DNA from: Eledone cirrhosa
Lineage: Eukaryota
Assembly (NCBI GenBank): GCA_964016885.1
Contig: OZ024750.1
Location: 49,786,001 to 49,850,000 of the forward strand
Direction of reading: 5' to 3'
Length of the DNA: 64,000 nt
Positions 26,897 to 39,210 of the stretch are shown piece by piece. Each line of letters starts with the position of its first letter. Positions within the stretch are counted from its first letter, which is position 1. The notes beneath the pieces were generated by a model. The model had not been told where the DNA came from and did no database searches. It saw only the letters and a list, made by a program, of their open reading frames with translations. The position numbers and the translations under genes were made by a program.

Positions 26897-27063
26897 TTGG
26901 CAGTATCGGTAGAGGGACGGACGCCATGCTTTGCAATATAGTTACGGCACTTTATGATCCGAGTTCAAATCCTTGCCTCTCATCCTTACGGGGTCGATAA
27001 AATAAAGTACCAGTAATACACAGGACTAATTGCTGGCCTTGTGCCAAAAGTAGAAACAATGAT
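26897..27063 (+). mobile_element. S1 SINE
   Basis: TTGGCAGTATCGGT..GAGTTCAAATCC..GTGCCAAAAGTAGAAACAAT, with a small internal deletion. Confidence 0.85.
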
Positions 27064-27125
27064 ATTAATGTAAATGAGGCTTCGCACAGATAATATAAGT
27101 TGCCAAATCAAATGCTGATACACAC

Positions 27126-27252
27126 ATCATAATCATCATCATTCTTCGACTACTGTCGAGATGATGGATCTCACTCTCATGCCCCAGAAGTCCCTGTCCC
27201 CCATCGCTTCCCCCAGGTCCTGTCTACTGATTCCCGTATCCCTAGAGATCAT
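27126..27252 (-). mobile_element. 3' terminus of RTE/RTE-X-type LINE
   Basis: Minus strand translates MISRDTGISRQDLGEAMGDRDFWGMRVRSIISTVVEE* followed by a (TGA)n tail; carries the A-M-x-D-R-x-x-W C-terminal motif. Confidence 0.65.
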
Positions 27253-28119
27253 TATGATCAGAAACAGCACCCGGGAAAGCCGGGGCTGGACCTATATCAA
27301 CAGGTATACCATATAGTGTGGTTCCCTGAGTAACAGGAACCCTGGTGCAGTTAGTTGCGAAATCCATCATCTTTTTAAATAGCTAATAATGTGTGTGGGC
27401 GCCACTACTACACACATGTGAAAGAATTTGACAGCCAAGTCTTGAAGAAGGTGCTTTCTCCTCGGTGTGGTGGGTTACCCGGCGCCAGATACCAACCTGG
27501 CATTTATACATACATACTCGTCGACCGGGTACCTACATACCACACATACACACATACCACACATACCACACATACATACGTACCTACATACCACACATAC
27601 CTACATACCACACATACATACTCGTCGACCGGGTACCTACCACCAGTCTTCGTCTTTACCTGAATATTTGACCCCTTCCGCCTGTGCTTCTGCAACGGCG
27701 GTTGAGATGGTTTGGTCACGCATCCCGGTGCCGTGAGGGTGAGCTGATCCCCAAGGTTTTCCTCCCACATCAACTCCCTATACGGCGCAAGCGAGTTGGC
27801 GGACGGCTGAAGACCTGAGCACGATGATCAAGGGAGGTAATTATGGAGTGTTTGGTCTCAGCTTTAATTTACTTGTTTAGTAATGGTTTGGTATTAGTTG
27901 CTTGCTATTTATATTAAAAACAACCCCCTTGAACAAGATAATTACCAACCAAAATCTTAGAATATTTATGTCTGAGTAATCATGGAATGAAACAGTTGGG
28001 TGTGTAAACGACTGCAAACATTCTATGATCTCGTTAAACGATCTTGTTCAATAGGCTTACATATATAAGATAATTAGGACACAACTCATACCACATGCAT
28101 ACTACATACATAATATATA

Positions 28120-28266
28120 ATTATTTTTACGCTAGGCACAAGGCCAGCAATTACCCAGTGCATTACTGGTACTTTATTTTATCGACCCCGTAAGGATGAA
28201 AGGCAAATTCAACGTCGTCGGGACTTGAATTTAGATCGTAAAGGGACGTAACTATGCTGGAAAGCA
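28120..28266 (-). mobile_element. S1 SINE, 5'-truncated
   Basis: GGCACAAGGCCAGCAATTACCCAG..ACTATGCTGGAAAGCAT. Confidence 0.85.
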
Positions 28267-28494
28267 TACATAACATATAATGAGAGTTCAAACACTCCAG
28301 AAATACTGCCCTTGTTTCCAAAATGAGAAGTTCCATTAACACACAGGGGTGACCATAACGAGACGTCGACAGTAATGCTCGTGCATACATGTTAAGTATA
28401 TGAAACACGCATCTATCTGGACGTACATACTCACAAACGCAGATATATGTGTATCTGTGTTAGGGTGCTTGTGTGTGTGTATATATATATATAT

Positions 28495-28787
28495 ACATAT
28501 ATATATAAGTATGTACACGTACATACATATATGTATACAGACGTACAGTAGTATGTATATATATATACATACTGGCACACATATATATATGTTTACAAAC
28601 ACACTGAGCATTATAATAAATGTTCGGTGAATCCATACGTACATATATATATATATGTGTGCATGTATGTATATATATATACATACTACTGTACGTCTGT
28701 ATACATATATGTATGTACGTGTACATACTTATATTTAAGTAACAGCCGTACTAAGAGTGAGAAATGAAATGTGGTTTCATTTTTTCC

Positions 28788-28790
<3 letters not shown>
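28495..28790. repeat. family A 3' end foldback
   Basis: Inverted arms at about 28500-28592 and 28640-28735; shares CATTATAATAAATGTTCGGT with 5320 and TAAGAGTGAGAAATGAAAT with 40247. Confidence 0.7.
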
Positions 28791-28836
<46 letters not shown>

Positions 28837-29182
28837 TTTCCTACACCTCTCTTAGCTTATAATATCTTCACGGTGTACATGAAAAGACACACTCTCCAGT
28901 GTTTTTCACATCTATATATTGTATTTTAAAGTGCCCAAGAAAACTCTTTCCTTTGAGGTCATTTAATTACAGGATTATACGCGAGTCCTTTATTCCGTCA
29001 ATTTACATGATATGTATATATATATATATATATAGATTTTGAGTTTATGTTGGTTGTGTACCAACACCTCAGTATGCAGGCTGGAGCACTCGACGAAGTG
29101 CGCAGGTTGGTTTGGTTACTCCGGAGTAGTGTAAAATAAAGTTAAATAAAAGTCAAATGATTAAAATTTAGCTTCGTTTATT

Positions 29183-29237
29183 ACTGCTATATATATTTCA
29201 GTGACAGCCATCTTTGGCTGTGACCTCTTCAGGCAGT
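29183..29237 (-). ncRNA. minimal hammerhead in inverted pLTR
   Basis: Reverse complement of the 31876-31930 motif. Confidence 0.85.
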
Positions 29238-29825
29238 TTGAATTAGTATGGTATAGACAAGTACATATGTTGTTTAGGTGTATGATATTGTCAATACTCT
29301 GATATGCCCAGTTCCTTGTTGGGTTGTTAATTCACTGGGGAACTGGAGTCATATGAATTCAAACAAACGAATTTTAGTGTCACAGGTCCCCTTCTCCTCT
29401 CATTGGTCAGTTATTAGTGTTGTCATTGTTGGAGTTAGCTTAAAAATTGATAAAATGGTAGAAGGGACAAGGTGTTGAAGGAACAAAATATCAAAAAATG
29501 TGTCAAACTTCCCATTGTTCAGTTCTGAGAGCATTCCTCAGTCAGAAGTCTATAGAATTCTTTCTGGGGTGAGGCTCCCTGTAGTGTTTATGCCTGCTAT
29601 TGTTCAGTACATTTGACCTCCATCATTATTTTGGTACTGTTGTTGTTGTAGTGGTCAGCTTATATCTTGCTGCTGCTAACAATTTAGAAGTATTCAGTTT
29701 GTGTTTTCTCTTCATCCAACCCGCCACCATCGTAGTGGTGGTGGCGGGGGGGGGGGGCATTTCATGTATATGAAGAAATATAAGGCAATAAATGAAGAAA
29801 ACAGAAGATAAATAAATAATATAAT

Positions 29826-30075
29826 AGCCCCCTCCAGAGCGTCAGTAAAAGAATACTGGATAGGATTTTGCCCAAGCTTCGGAAGAAAACCAAATTACAG
29901 CAATGGTCATGCACGAGAGAAGTAATAGAATGGTTCAAAATACTGCAGGAGAAAAGTAGGACCAGCTTTATACAACTGGATCTTCAACAGACACACTGTG
30001 AAGCTTTCGTATTCCACCACGAGAAATTTGGCCCAACACATAGCTAGCATCAACAGAAGTAGGCTTAAAACCACA
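29826..30075 (+). pseudogene. PLE reverse transcriptase fragments (fingers to motif A, fused out of frame to thumb end)
   Basis: One frame reads SKRILDRILPKLRKKTKLQQWSCTREVIEWFKILQEKSRTSFIQLD; after about 29980 another frame reads IFNRHTVKLSYSTTRNLAQHIASIN. The RT catalytic core is missing. Confidence 0.75.
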
Positions 30076-30116
30076 CACAACCAGAAGATGGCAATACAAA
30101 CACTCAGCAGAACCAT

Positions 30117-30683
30117 GTGAAAGGAGGGAAGGGGGGACCCAGAGCCCACCCAAGAAACACAAACAGACCCAAGGACCCCCCACCGAGCATGGGGGAAGAC
30201 CAACATGTAACACATAATGAGAACCCTAATCTAAGCACGCAGAGGCCGCCCACCCTCTGCAACTGTAGAAACCCCGAATCATGCCCCCTTGGTAATGAAT
30301 GTCTCAAGAAGAACATGGTGTACGGTTGTAGGGTTAAAACCCCCAACTCCGAACACCTCTACATAGGAGCCACATCAACGAGCTTTAAGGACCGCTGGTA
30401 CAACCATCGCCATTCATTCAAGAAGGAGGCCAAAAGGAAAAGCACAGCTCTCTCCGACCTGATCTGGAAGCTTAAGCTGGACAGGACCCCATACTCTCTG
30501 GCCTGGTACATAATCAGGAAAGTACCACCCGATAAAGGGGGATCTTGCATATGCAAACTATGCCTGAACGAGACCCTCGAGATACTAAGAGGTGGAAGCG
30601 GCCTGATAAACCTCAGAACCGACTTCTTCGGGACATGCAGACACCTTAGAGCCGGGACCTTTCTCAAAATATATGGACAGTAG
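30117..30683 (+). CDS. GIY-YIG endonuclease domain of Penelope-like element
   Basis: CNCRNPESC (CxCx5C) linker, then MVY..YIG, FKDRWYNH, CKLCLNE and INLR..CRH. The ORF is uninterrupted but starts at GTG and is frameshifted from the RT remnant. Confidence 0.85.
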   Translation: MKGGKGGPRAHPRNTNRPKDPPPSMGEDQHVTHNENPNLSTQRPPTLCNCRNPESCPLGNECLKKNMVYGCRVKTPNSEHLYIGATSTSFKDRWYNHRHSFKKEAKRKSTALSDLIWKLKLDRTPYSLAWYIIRKVPPDKGGSCICKLCLNETLEILRGGSGLINLRTDFFGTCRHLRAGTFLKIYGQ

Positions 30684-30830
30684 CAACACAAGAAGATGTG
30701 AACTCCCCTCAAGCTATAGGGACTTCTACAGAACATGAAAACACCTCTCGGCCAGACCTCCCTCAAGCTATATGGACAATTACAACACCCTAGGTTGTGA
30801 ACTCCCCTCAAGCCATAGGGAACAACCCAG
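30650..30830 (+). repeat. four ~55-bp imperfect tandem units after EN
   Basis: CCTCAAGCTATA(T/G)GG recurs at about 30663, 30707, 30761 and 30806. Confidence 0.7.
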
Positions 30831-31875
30831 GCGGAGCAGACACCATGATAGCCTAGAGACAGAATCGGACACAGCCATAATAATCTGGCCAACATCTATA
30901 ACACAAACACTTTTAATTTACCAGATTTCTGACTTTAAAGTCCCAATCTTAAATCTTGATTTCTCTATATTAATTTGTTATTTGTTTTCTGCCCTCTTCA
31001 CTGTATAACCTTATATTTATATTTATTTTAAGTTGAGATAGATTATAACACAAACACATTGAATATCTCATCTTAACATCTTGTATCATACCAATCTATC
31101 CAACATATTCTCACCTTGAGATTGGTTATAGCACACACACACACACACTTTATCCTACATTATTTCTCACTTCTCCATATACATTATCATTACTTTTTCA
31201 CCAATCTCTCATTTACTCTTTATTCTTTATTCTCTATTTATTTATTTATTTTCAAATTACACAAATTATATTAATTATTTTATTTTATTATATTATTTAT
31301 TTATCTTCTGTTTTCTTCATTTATTGCCTTATATTTCTTCATATACATGAAATACCCCCCCCCCCCCGCCACCACCACTACGATGGTGGCGGGTTGGATG
31401 AAGAGAAAACACAAACTGAATACTTCTAAATTGTTAGCAGCAGCAAGATATAAGCTGACCACTACAACAACAACAGTACCAAAATAATGATGGAGGTCAA
31501 ATGTACTGAACAATAGCAGGCATAAACACTACAGGGAGCCTCACCCCAGAAAGAATTCTATAGACTTCTGACTGAGGAATGCTCTCAGAACTGAACAATG
31601 GGAAGTTTGACACATTTTTTGATATTTTGTTCCTTCAACACCTTGTCCCTTCTACCATTTTATCAATTTTTAAGCTAACTCCAACAATGACAACACTAAT
31701 AACTGACCAATGAGAGGAGAAGGGGACCTGTGACACTAAAATTCGTTTGTTTGAATTCATATGACTCCAGTTCCCCAGTGAATTAACAACCCAACAAGGA
31801 ACTGGGCATATCAGAGTATTGACAATATCATACACCTAAACAACATATGTACTTGTCTATACCATACTAATTCAA

Positions 31876-31930
31876 ACTGCCTGAAGAGGTCACAGCCAAA
31901 GATGGCTGTCACTGAAATATATATAGCAGT
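31876..31930 (+). ncRNA. minimal type-I hammerhead in 3' pLTR
   Basis: ACTGC-CTGAAGA-GGTCACAGCCA AAGA TGGCTGTCACT-GAAA-TATATA-TA-GCAGT, then AATAAA; 50 nt upstream of (TA)n. Confidence 0.9.
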
Positions 31931-31974
31931 AATAAACGAAGCTAAATTTTAATCATTTGACTTTTATTTAACTT

Positions 31975-32043
<69 letters not shown>

Positions 32044-32046
32044 TAT

Positions 32047-32678
32047 ATATTTATTAAAATAACAGATTAAAGTTTAAGCAAAGAATCGCTGCTTTCACCC
32101 TTAGCGGGATCTTCTGAAACTAACAAAGTCAATCTGTAAACGCAGAAATGGATATTTCAAAACCGTTGCAACCGGAGGAAGACAGGAAGGCGATACTTTG
32201 GTTCGTGGAAACATTCCCTGGCAAACAACTGGAAAAAACGAATATAATACGTCATTAATAGGAGCGGTGAAAAACAATTACGCGCAAAGACAGAACCACG
32301 TTTATGGTATAAAAGAAGTCGTAGACTAATATTCTCTTAGGTGGTTCATAGAGACGTTCTCTGGCAATGAACGAAAAAAACGAAGATAATACGTCATATG
32401 TGGACCGTGGAGAACAATTGCACGCAGAGACAAAACCACGTAAATGATATAGCTGAAGTCGTAGACTAAATTCTAACTAGGAAACCGAATGAATCTCCGC
32501 TTCAGAGTTAAGAATAAAGTAAATAAATACAATACAGAGGTAATAGAAATTAAATAAATGCATACCCGCATGCAAATACGTACATACACAAGCATACGCA
32601 AAAGAAATTCCATAGGTATACAAAACCACGCACATATAAATATGTGTGTGTGTGCGTGTATACAAATAAATAAATAAT
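32047..32678 (-). mobile_element. family C repeat, copy 3
   Basis: Reverse complement of 25715-26352. Confidence 0.8.
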
Positions 32679-32862
32679 TGTTTCTACTATTGGCACAAGG
32701 CCAGAAATTACCCAGTACATTACTGGTACTTTATTTTATCGACCCCGTAAGGATGAAAGGCAAAGTTAACCTCGGCGGGATTTGAACTCAGAATGGCAAG
32801 GGCCGTAACTCTATGCGTCAAAGCATGGCGTCCGACCCTCTACCGATACTGCCAATCCACCA
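32675..32862 (-). mobile_element. S1 SINE
   Basis: Near full length; AAATAAATAAT flanks both sides as a TSD. Confidence 0.9.
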
Positions 32863-33142
32863 AATAAATAATACTGTTCTTATATGTTTGATATCCTAAA
32901 CGGACGGTAGTCCGTTTAGTAATATTGTTGTGGTCGTGTTTTCGTTGGCAATCGTCTGTTTACGACAGTACAGTGCGGCTCTGCTTTATTTAACTGAGAT
33001 AAAACCTAGATGAGCATGAACAGTAGATCATTACGCATATTTTGGCTTAACAATCAAGAAATTTGGTCCAGCGGGAAAACGTTTATGATCAAAGTTTGCT
33101 GATAAATCTTGTGTTCAAACGAGTGAGTAGTAAGCGTGACGC

Positions 33143-33272
33143 TAGGGGAGGTAATCCAGAAATGACGCATTTTTTCGGCGGAACTCTTGTGATTGTGATT
33201 ACGTTAGTCAAATATAGTCAAATCGCCGAATCCCCTCCTCCTAATTGACTACGTCATTTCTGAACGGCCCTA
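33143..33272. mobile_element. small MITE-like element
   Basis: Imperfect TIR TAGGGG..CAGAAATGACG / CGTCATTTCTGAACGGCCCTA; only the left end survives in the paralogue at about 7098. Confidence 0.5.
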
Positions 33273-33565
33273 CTTGCGTCAGTGTGAAACATTACTTCAC
33301 TTTTCACTGCTAAAATGTTTTTTAAATACTTCGTTAAAAATGTATGTTTATTATCAAAGCTATTTTTTGTACCAATCTATCAATAGTTTGCGAAAATATA
33401 GGTAATCATGTGAGTTAAATATTTTTTTAATCGCATCGATAGCTTTGTCGCACCGACTGTGACACTGTCTGACTGTCTGTCTGACTGACACCTTTGTCGG
33501 ACCGATTCACTATGATCATTTAATTATTAGATAGTTGTTGCTTGCATTGCCTTAAAAAATAGTAG

Positions 33566-34655
33566 ATCAGATAGAAAAATGCGTACAACAAAAAAAAGTA
33601 AATTGTGGAATATAAACCTTTAAAAATACAGGACAAGAAACTAAAATAAAACTTTAAAAGAATAGGACAAGCAACTAAGATAAAACTTTAAAAGAATAGG
33701 GCAAGAAACTAAGATAAAACTTTAAAGAATTGGACAAGAAATAAAAAAATTTACAATAATATTAGTGGCAACATTTTTTTATTCGTTTCCTGTGCTATGT
33801 CCCAGTGTCTTCTTGATTAGTGCATAATAATGATCATGCTCTCATTGTGCGTTGCCCCTGAGCGGTTGGTTCCGGTTGGGGTTGGTTGGCTGAGCAGTTC
33901 TGCTCCGTCAGAATGACCATTGCAAGAAGAATTGGCCGATGCAGCTGCAGGTCTCCTCCAAGAATGCACTTCTGGTCCCGCAACACCAGACGAAGATGGA
34001 GAAGACGACCGGGACAAGATGTCGACACTGACCACCGACTACGGCACCTCCCTCAACCACCGGTCCTCCCTCTGTCCCGTCATCCCTCCAGGCCTCCTGC
34101 TCCCCCTTCCTGTACCAGAAAGCTGTGGCACGCATTCATCTGGACTGCCGAACTTGAACTCCAGGACAATATGCAAGGAGAAGATGGACGGGTTGGTCAA
34201 GATCAAGGATGAGCGGGACGACAAGACCGTCCGCTGCTGCTCAAGATCTGTGCTCATGGGCCCATGGGTCCATTCACATTATGCATGACACATGTGGCGT
34301 GTCGCCGAATGTTGAAATAGGGGTATGGTTATGGCCCAATTGGTGTTCAAACCAGGATCAAATGATCCCCCCGGTCTGACGACAACCTCTGAATGTGGAA
34401 CCCAGAGCCTATGAATGTGGAACTCGATTTTTTACCAATAAAAATGTTGCCACTAATATTATTGTAAATTTTTTTTATTTCTTGTCCAATTCTTTAAAGT
34501 TTTATCTTAGTTTCTTGTCGTATTCTTTTAAAATGTTATCTTAGTTTCTTGTCCTATTCTTTTAAAGTTTTATTTTAGTTTCTTGTCCTGTATTTTTAAA
34601 GGTTTATATTCCAACAATATTATTTTTTTTTGCTGTACGCATTTTTCTATCTGGT
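33566..34655. mobile_element. long-TIR element, copy 2
   Basis: Highly similar to 7267-8325, with the same TIRs and GC-rich interior. Confidence 0.8.
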
Positions 34656-34709
34656 ATATTTATCCTTATCGAACCCTCTTTGGATTTTAGTCTTCAAATT
34701 TATTATTAT

Positions 34710-34804
<95 letters not shown>

Positions 34805-35539
34805 GTTGAAGTTTCGATCTGTATCGATGTAGCCGGACTCCGGAATATGATGTGGTAATGACGTTACAATCCCTATATCTATAAGTTAATATTCAGCTCT
34901 GAACCCAATCCCTAATACTAGTATACACTTTAAGAGTTAGATTTATATCCTACCATATTGACTGTTGTCTAGTTTTCTGAACTTCCATCATTTAACTCTT
35001 AATGTCTGAAATGTAGAATTCCTTTGATTTTCCGGTTATTTTCTATGATAAGGTATATTAAACATAGAAGCAGGTAACTTTCTCACTTTGGCGTTGATGG
35101 TCTGTATATTATCCCGCCATAAACGGGTAACGTACGAATGCACTAAAAGTGTGCGGGTCACCAAGGCTAGCAGTAAATAAATGTTGCCCTCTTTCAACAC
35201 CCGCTGACCATATCGAGTTATCGGCCGAAGTGGTGGGGGACTGGTAGCTAGAGAAAACAAATAAGGTTGGTGGTACTCTAGGTTGTAGTTGAGTGGTCAG
35301 CCACCCACACACACCTGCCACTGCGCAGTGCTGTCGCGAGGTTCTTAAAAGTTAGAAGAGAGCGAACACTCAAAGCATAAACATACATATGTTTTTAGTC
35401 CGCTCCCTTCCAATTACATCGGAAAGGTTACCTTTTTAAAAATGTTTGCTGTCTGAAGAAATCACGATATATATCGCCATGGAATAAAGGATAATAAATA
35501 TGGTCAACATCATATTTTCCCCTTTATATATATATATAT

Positions 35540-36138
35540 AAAGTAAATTAATTTTGATTTATTTTGAAAAATTGGTTGAATTTTACTTGTTCTGCTTATC
35601 TTGATATATCAAATTATTACCATATCTGGTATATCAAATTATTACCATAGAACCAACTTAAATCATAGACACCCTATGTATTTCTGGCGGTACATTGTAC
35701 CCTCAGATATATTAACCTTATTCATTATTCTCCAATTATGTAGAGAAAAAATTCTGTCGTTCTATCTAGCTGCTAAAAAATCTTTTTTTGGTAGCGAACA
35801 TAGACAACAAGTCTACCATTTCCCGCCTTCACTATACACCAACGTATTTATGGGTCACTTTCACGACCTTTCAGACCTGTATTAGTTGGAGTGAGGTCAT
35901 ATATTTCATCATTCCTGGGGTTTTTAACCCTAGGAAAGGGAAATGCTTCTCTGATGATCTTTGCTTTTCCATTAATATCCATGTGATATCTAATGTTTTG
36001 CAACGCGAAACTGTACAGTAAGGGCCATTTGAATAGGTAAATATTTATATTATATTTTTAATTTTGATTAATTTTAATTGTAAATTAATTTTGATTTATT
36101 TTGAAAAATTGGTTGAATTTTACTTGTTCTGCTTATCT

Positions 36139-36145
<7 letters not shown>
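35540..36145 (+). mobile_element. PLE remnant with direct partial pLTR
   Basis: A ~65-bp direct repeat at 35543-35607 and 36080-36145, an internal HHR, a possible decayed EN C-terminus (FFGSEHR), and TA flanks. Confidence 0.6.
35941..36030 (+). ncRNA. hammerhead with extended stem II
   Basis: AAATGCTTCT-CTGATGA-TCTTTGC..GCAACGC-GAAA-CTGTACAG-TA-AGGGCCATTT; stem I pairs 9 of 10 positions and stem III is an 8-nt palindrome. Confidence 0.75.
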
Positions 36146-36192
<47 letters not shown>

Positions 36193-36197
<5 letters not shown>

Positions 36198-36715
36198 TTT
36201 ACATATACATAAAATTATATATGTTACAACTGGTCACTTTTAGCTCTATGAAGAATTAATAAATTAAATACTCAGGGCAATATATTATTATAAATCATGT
36301 CTACAGAATTATTAGATAAACAAAATATATACTCCATTTCCTCTGCCAAACAGTACAATCAACCATATAAAAAATCAATTATACTAAGCCATAAGGATAA
36401 AAGCTCCATTGTAGGGATATAATTACGGTATGTACACAGTTATTCCATGTTTGATTGTACACCGAATTGCATATGGTTAATTATGTACTTTGTCGATTTA
36501 TGCATGCTGTCGAAATGTTGGATAAATAACCTGCTGTGTATACCGCGAAGAAGCCACTCTCGTTTATTTGTCGGAGATTTCTTCATAGGAGCTTTTATCC
36601 TTATGGCTTAGTATAATTGATTTTTTATACGGTTGATTGTGCTGTTTGGCAGAGGTAATGGAGTATATATTTTGTTTATCTAATAATTATGTAGACATGA
36701 TTTATAATAATATAT
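36193..36715. mobile_element. family B foldback, copy 2
   Basis: Arms at about 36283-36407 and 36588-36713; the spacer continues the right arm. Confidence 0.75.
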
Positions 36716-37191
36716 ATATATCAGTTTGTGTGTTTGTGTGTATATATATATCGAAAACTTATAATGAAACAATTGTTTGTGAGATTTACATTTACATTTG
36801 CCCTTTAAAGCATAACTTTCTGTATTTACTGCGGTTATGAGATGCGGTTCTTATTCGGGTACAACTTCTGATTATAGTTTAAGAAAATATCTATATGCGT
36901 GTGTAATTTATACACGCATATATTTATTTTTTTAATTTTCAATTGAGTTCTTAACACGTTGGATTGATAATGTTTTCGAAAAAAAAATTAACCCGCGTGT
37001 ATATTAATTTTTTACTCCTTTCGTGGATCATAGTTTTCTCCCCTTCCCGCTTCGTGTCGCTATGATACTTCCTCAGTCAAAAACTGCTGGAATTTCAAAT
37101 TTGGCGGTCATTCGAGGCGAGAAGGAGCAACTTAACAGACACGATATTGACTTCGGTAAGTATTTATTTCTTATATCAAAGTTTAATGGGC

Positions 37192-37316
37192 TTCCACTGA
37201 TGATTTATAAACGCCCACCTAAATATATTCTTACATGAATATATATTAGGCTTCTACATAAACTGGAAATATTCTCCCAACTTGTAGAAATCTTATAATG
37301 AAACAATTGTTTGGAA
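37192..37316 (+). ncRNA. hammerhead with ~95-nt stem II domain
   Basis: TTCCA-CTGATGA-T TTATAA..TTATAA T-GAAA-CAATT-GTT-TGGAA; the 3' half is also present at about 36758. Confidence 0.8.
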
Positions 37317-37601
37317 TTAACTTTAATTATATCTCATAAAATAATACAACTAGTTTTTCCACATTATACATATTGTTAGCACCCCAAACACTTAAATTGG
37401 GTTTATATTTAAATATAGCCTAATGTTTGTTGAGTGAGATGGTTACCAGTCAGAGTTTAGCTTTAAACTATCTCTGTTATTGTATTAAATATATATATAT
37501 ATATATATATAATGAAAAATTGAACAGGGACAGAACAGAGAGGCAGTACAATAAATGTTTATTAAATTCACGCTCAGGAGAGTGGGGGGGGGTAGGTGGG
37601 G

Positions 37602-37636
37602 GACGACGTTTCGGGCATAATCCCTTCTTCAGGTGA
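37602..37636 (-). ncRNA. minimal hammerhead-like motif
   Basis: Reverse complement reads AC-CTGAAGA-AGGG ATTATG CCC-GAAAC-GTC-GT. Stem I is only 2 bp; AATAAA and (TA)n lie downstream on the minus strand. Confidence 0.55.
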
Positions 37637-38072
37637 GAAGTGTGTGGGAACAGAGTTCAAAAGGTGTGTAGGGGAGTGGTGGAGAGACATATAGCGAAAG
37701 GAAACGGTGCGAATGAAAAATTAACAAGTAAAGACAAAAAATATAATAAATAAAAATAAAGCATGATCAAAATACAAGGAATGAGAAAATTTAAAAATAA
37801 AGGCATGATCAAAATAAACTGAAATTAAAAGGGGGGTAAACGGGTGGTGGAAAGGTGTGGGGTGAGTAGGGGTGGTGGCGGGTGGAGTGGGGAGAGGGAG
37901 ACGGGGTGTCCGAGCGGGGAGGGCTGAAGGTGGTGTGTGTGGTTAGGTGTGCGTGTGTGTGTGTGTGTGTGTGTGTATGTGAAAGTGAGGGTTTGGGGAA
38001 GAACGGGGTTGCATGTTCAGGAAGGTGTGTGTGGGGGCTGTTTTTGTGGGTCGGAGTGTCTGTGCGTGTGTG

Positions 38073-38130
<58 letters not shown>

Positions 38131-38271
38131 CTCCCAAACACAGCGGGTATGTATTTATTGTTATAGCCACATTTTAAAATGCTAAAGCTCTTTGTGAAAA
38201 ACACATTGTTATCTTTCTCTTTGGACAATAGAAGACATAAGATGCGATTATGTCTATGTGTGATGTGTGCT

Positions 38272-38304
<33 letters not shown>

Positions 38305-38912
38305 GTCAGGTCACCAGCTGGTGCTACTGGTAACGTGTATCCCAGTACAACCTGTCTCATGGTCGTATCGTTGTCGACTAAACTGGCAACCCCACCAAGG
38401 TTTCTTGGTGAGGAGGGTGACTTTGGACATCCTGCAGAACTAAAAATAAAACCTGTCAAAGGGCAAAGGATCTCTTAAGTATCAATAGCCATCCAAAATC
38501 ACCGGGAGAGAAGACCCCTTAGCCTTTGTCAAGGCAGAATTCTAGGAGAAGGAAAACTCTGATATAACACCTGCAACCTTGATGGTATCCAATGATGTTG
38601 ACTTGTTCTTCTTTATGGTAAATATCATCTTGGTTAAGAGAGTGGGACTGGCTTTGTGCAGTGCCTTTGCTCACTATAAAAGCTTCACGGCACAGGCATT
38701 GCTTTATATTTGGAGATTTCTCTGCACTTGTCGTCACATGGTACCATGGGCCCAGCACTATGTGTCAATAATTGTCACATGTGTAGTGTTTGTACCAGAG
38801 TGTTCAAGTCGCTGGCTGGACTAAAAAGTCACACTAGTTCACCCCATCGGTAGGGGTTCTCCTAGATGAATATAAAGTAGTGGCCTTACTCGAAAACGAG
38901 TTGGCAGCCACC
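38305..38912 (+). mobile_element. RTE-like LINE deletion derivative ending in C2H2 finger remnant
   Basis: 38761-38853 translates CVNNCHMCSVCTRVFKSLAGLKSHTSSPHR*, similar to RTE ORF2 C-termini; bounded by TA runs. Confidence 0.5.
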
Positions 38913-39087
38913 ATATATATAAAAAAGGTCTTTTCCTGTTTCTCGGTCTATTGTTATTCATATGTTCATATTCGCGACAACGAAGGAAAAGAAAATGCTG
39001 ACAAATTTTTCCCAGTGAAAAATAGTTTAATTAGGAATAAGTATAAATTAGTAATAAGTATTGGTTAGTAATCCGTTTTAGTTTTAA

Positions 39088-39128
39088 TTTTTACCGGTTG
39101 CGCATTTCTAATGCTTTTCAAAAATAAT
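39088..39128 (-). ncRNA. hammerhead-like variant TTGAAAA..GCAA (inverted arm)
   Basis: Reverse complement reads TTT-TTGAAAA-GCATT AGA AATGC-GCAA-CCG-GTA-AAA. Confidence 0.4.
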
Positions 39129-39170
39129 TTAATCTGATTAGAGCAAACATCACGGGCGCTCTATCTCAAA

Positions 39171-39210
39171 ATTATTTTTGAAAAGCATTAGAAATGCGCA
39201 ACCGGTAACA
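39171..39210 (+). ncRNA. hammerhead-like variant TTGAAAA..GCAA
   Basis: TTGAAAA-GCATT AGA AATGC-GCAA-CCG-GTA, i.e. U3:A8 plus A13C, with palindrome ACCGGT. Confidence 0.4.

Larger units (their letters stand above)
29035..31980 (+). mobile_element. Penelope-like element (Hydra-clade-like), internally deleted, with inverted pLTR
   Basis: Order: tail 29035-29133, ~690-bp inverted pLTR 29134-29825, RT/EN remnants 29826-30683, 3' region, pLTR about 31288-31980 with an HHR and AATAAA. Flanked by (TA)n. Confidence 0.9.

Noticed and set aside
29278-29478. Identical 66-aa ORF present twice (also 31635-31835)
   Set aside because: A by-product of the inverted pLTR; no recognisable protein.
30115-30120. 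In-frame TGA as selenocysteine, as in some Naiad PLEs
   Set aside because: It is not at a conserved Cys position, and the EN lies in another frame, so a frameshift explains it.
37809-38459. 216-aa minus-strand ORF
   Set aside because: It runs across microsatellites and two unrelated repeats.
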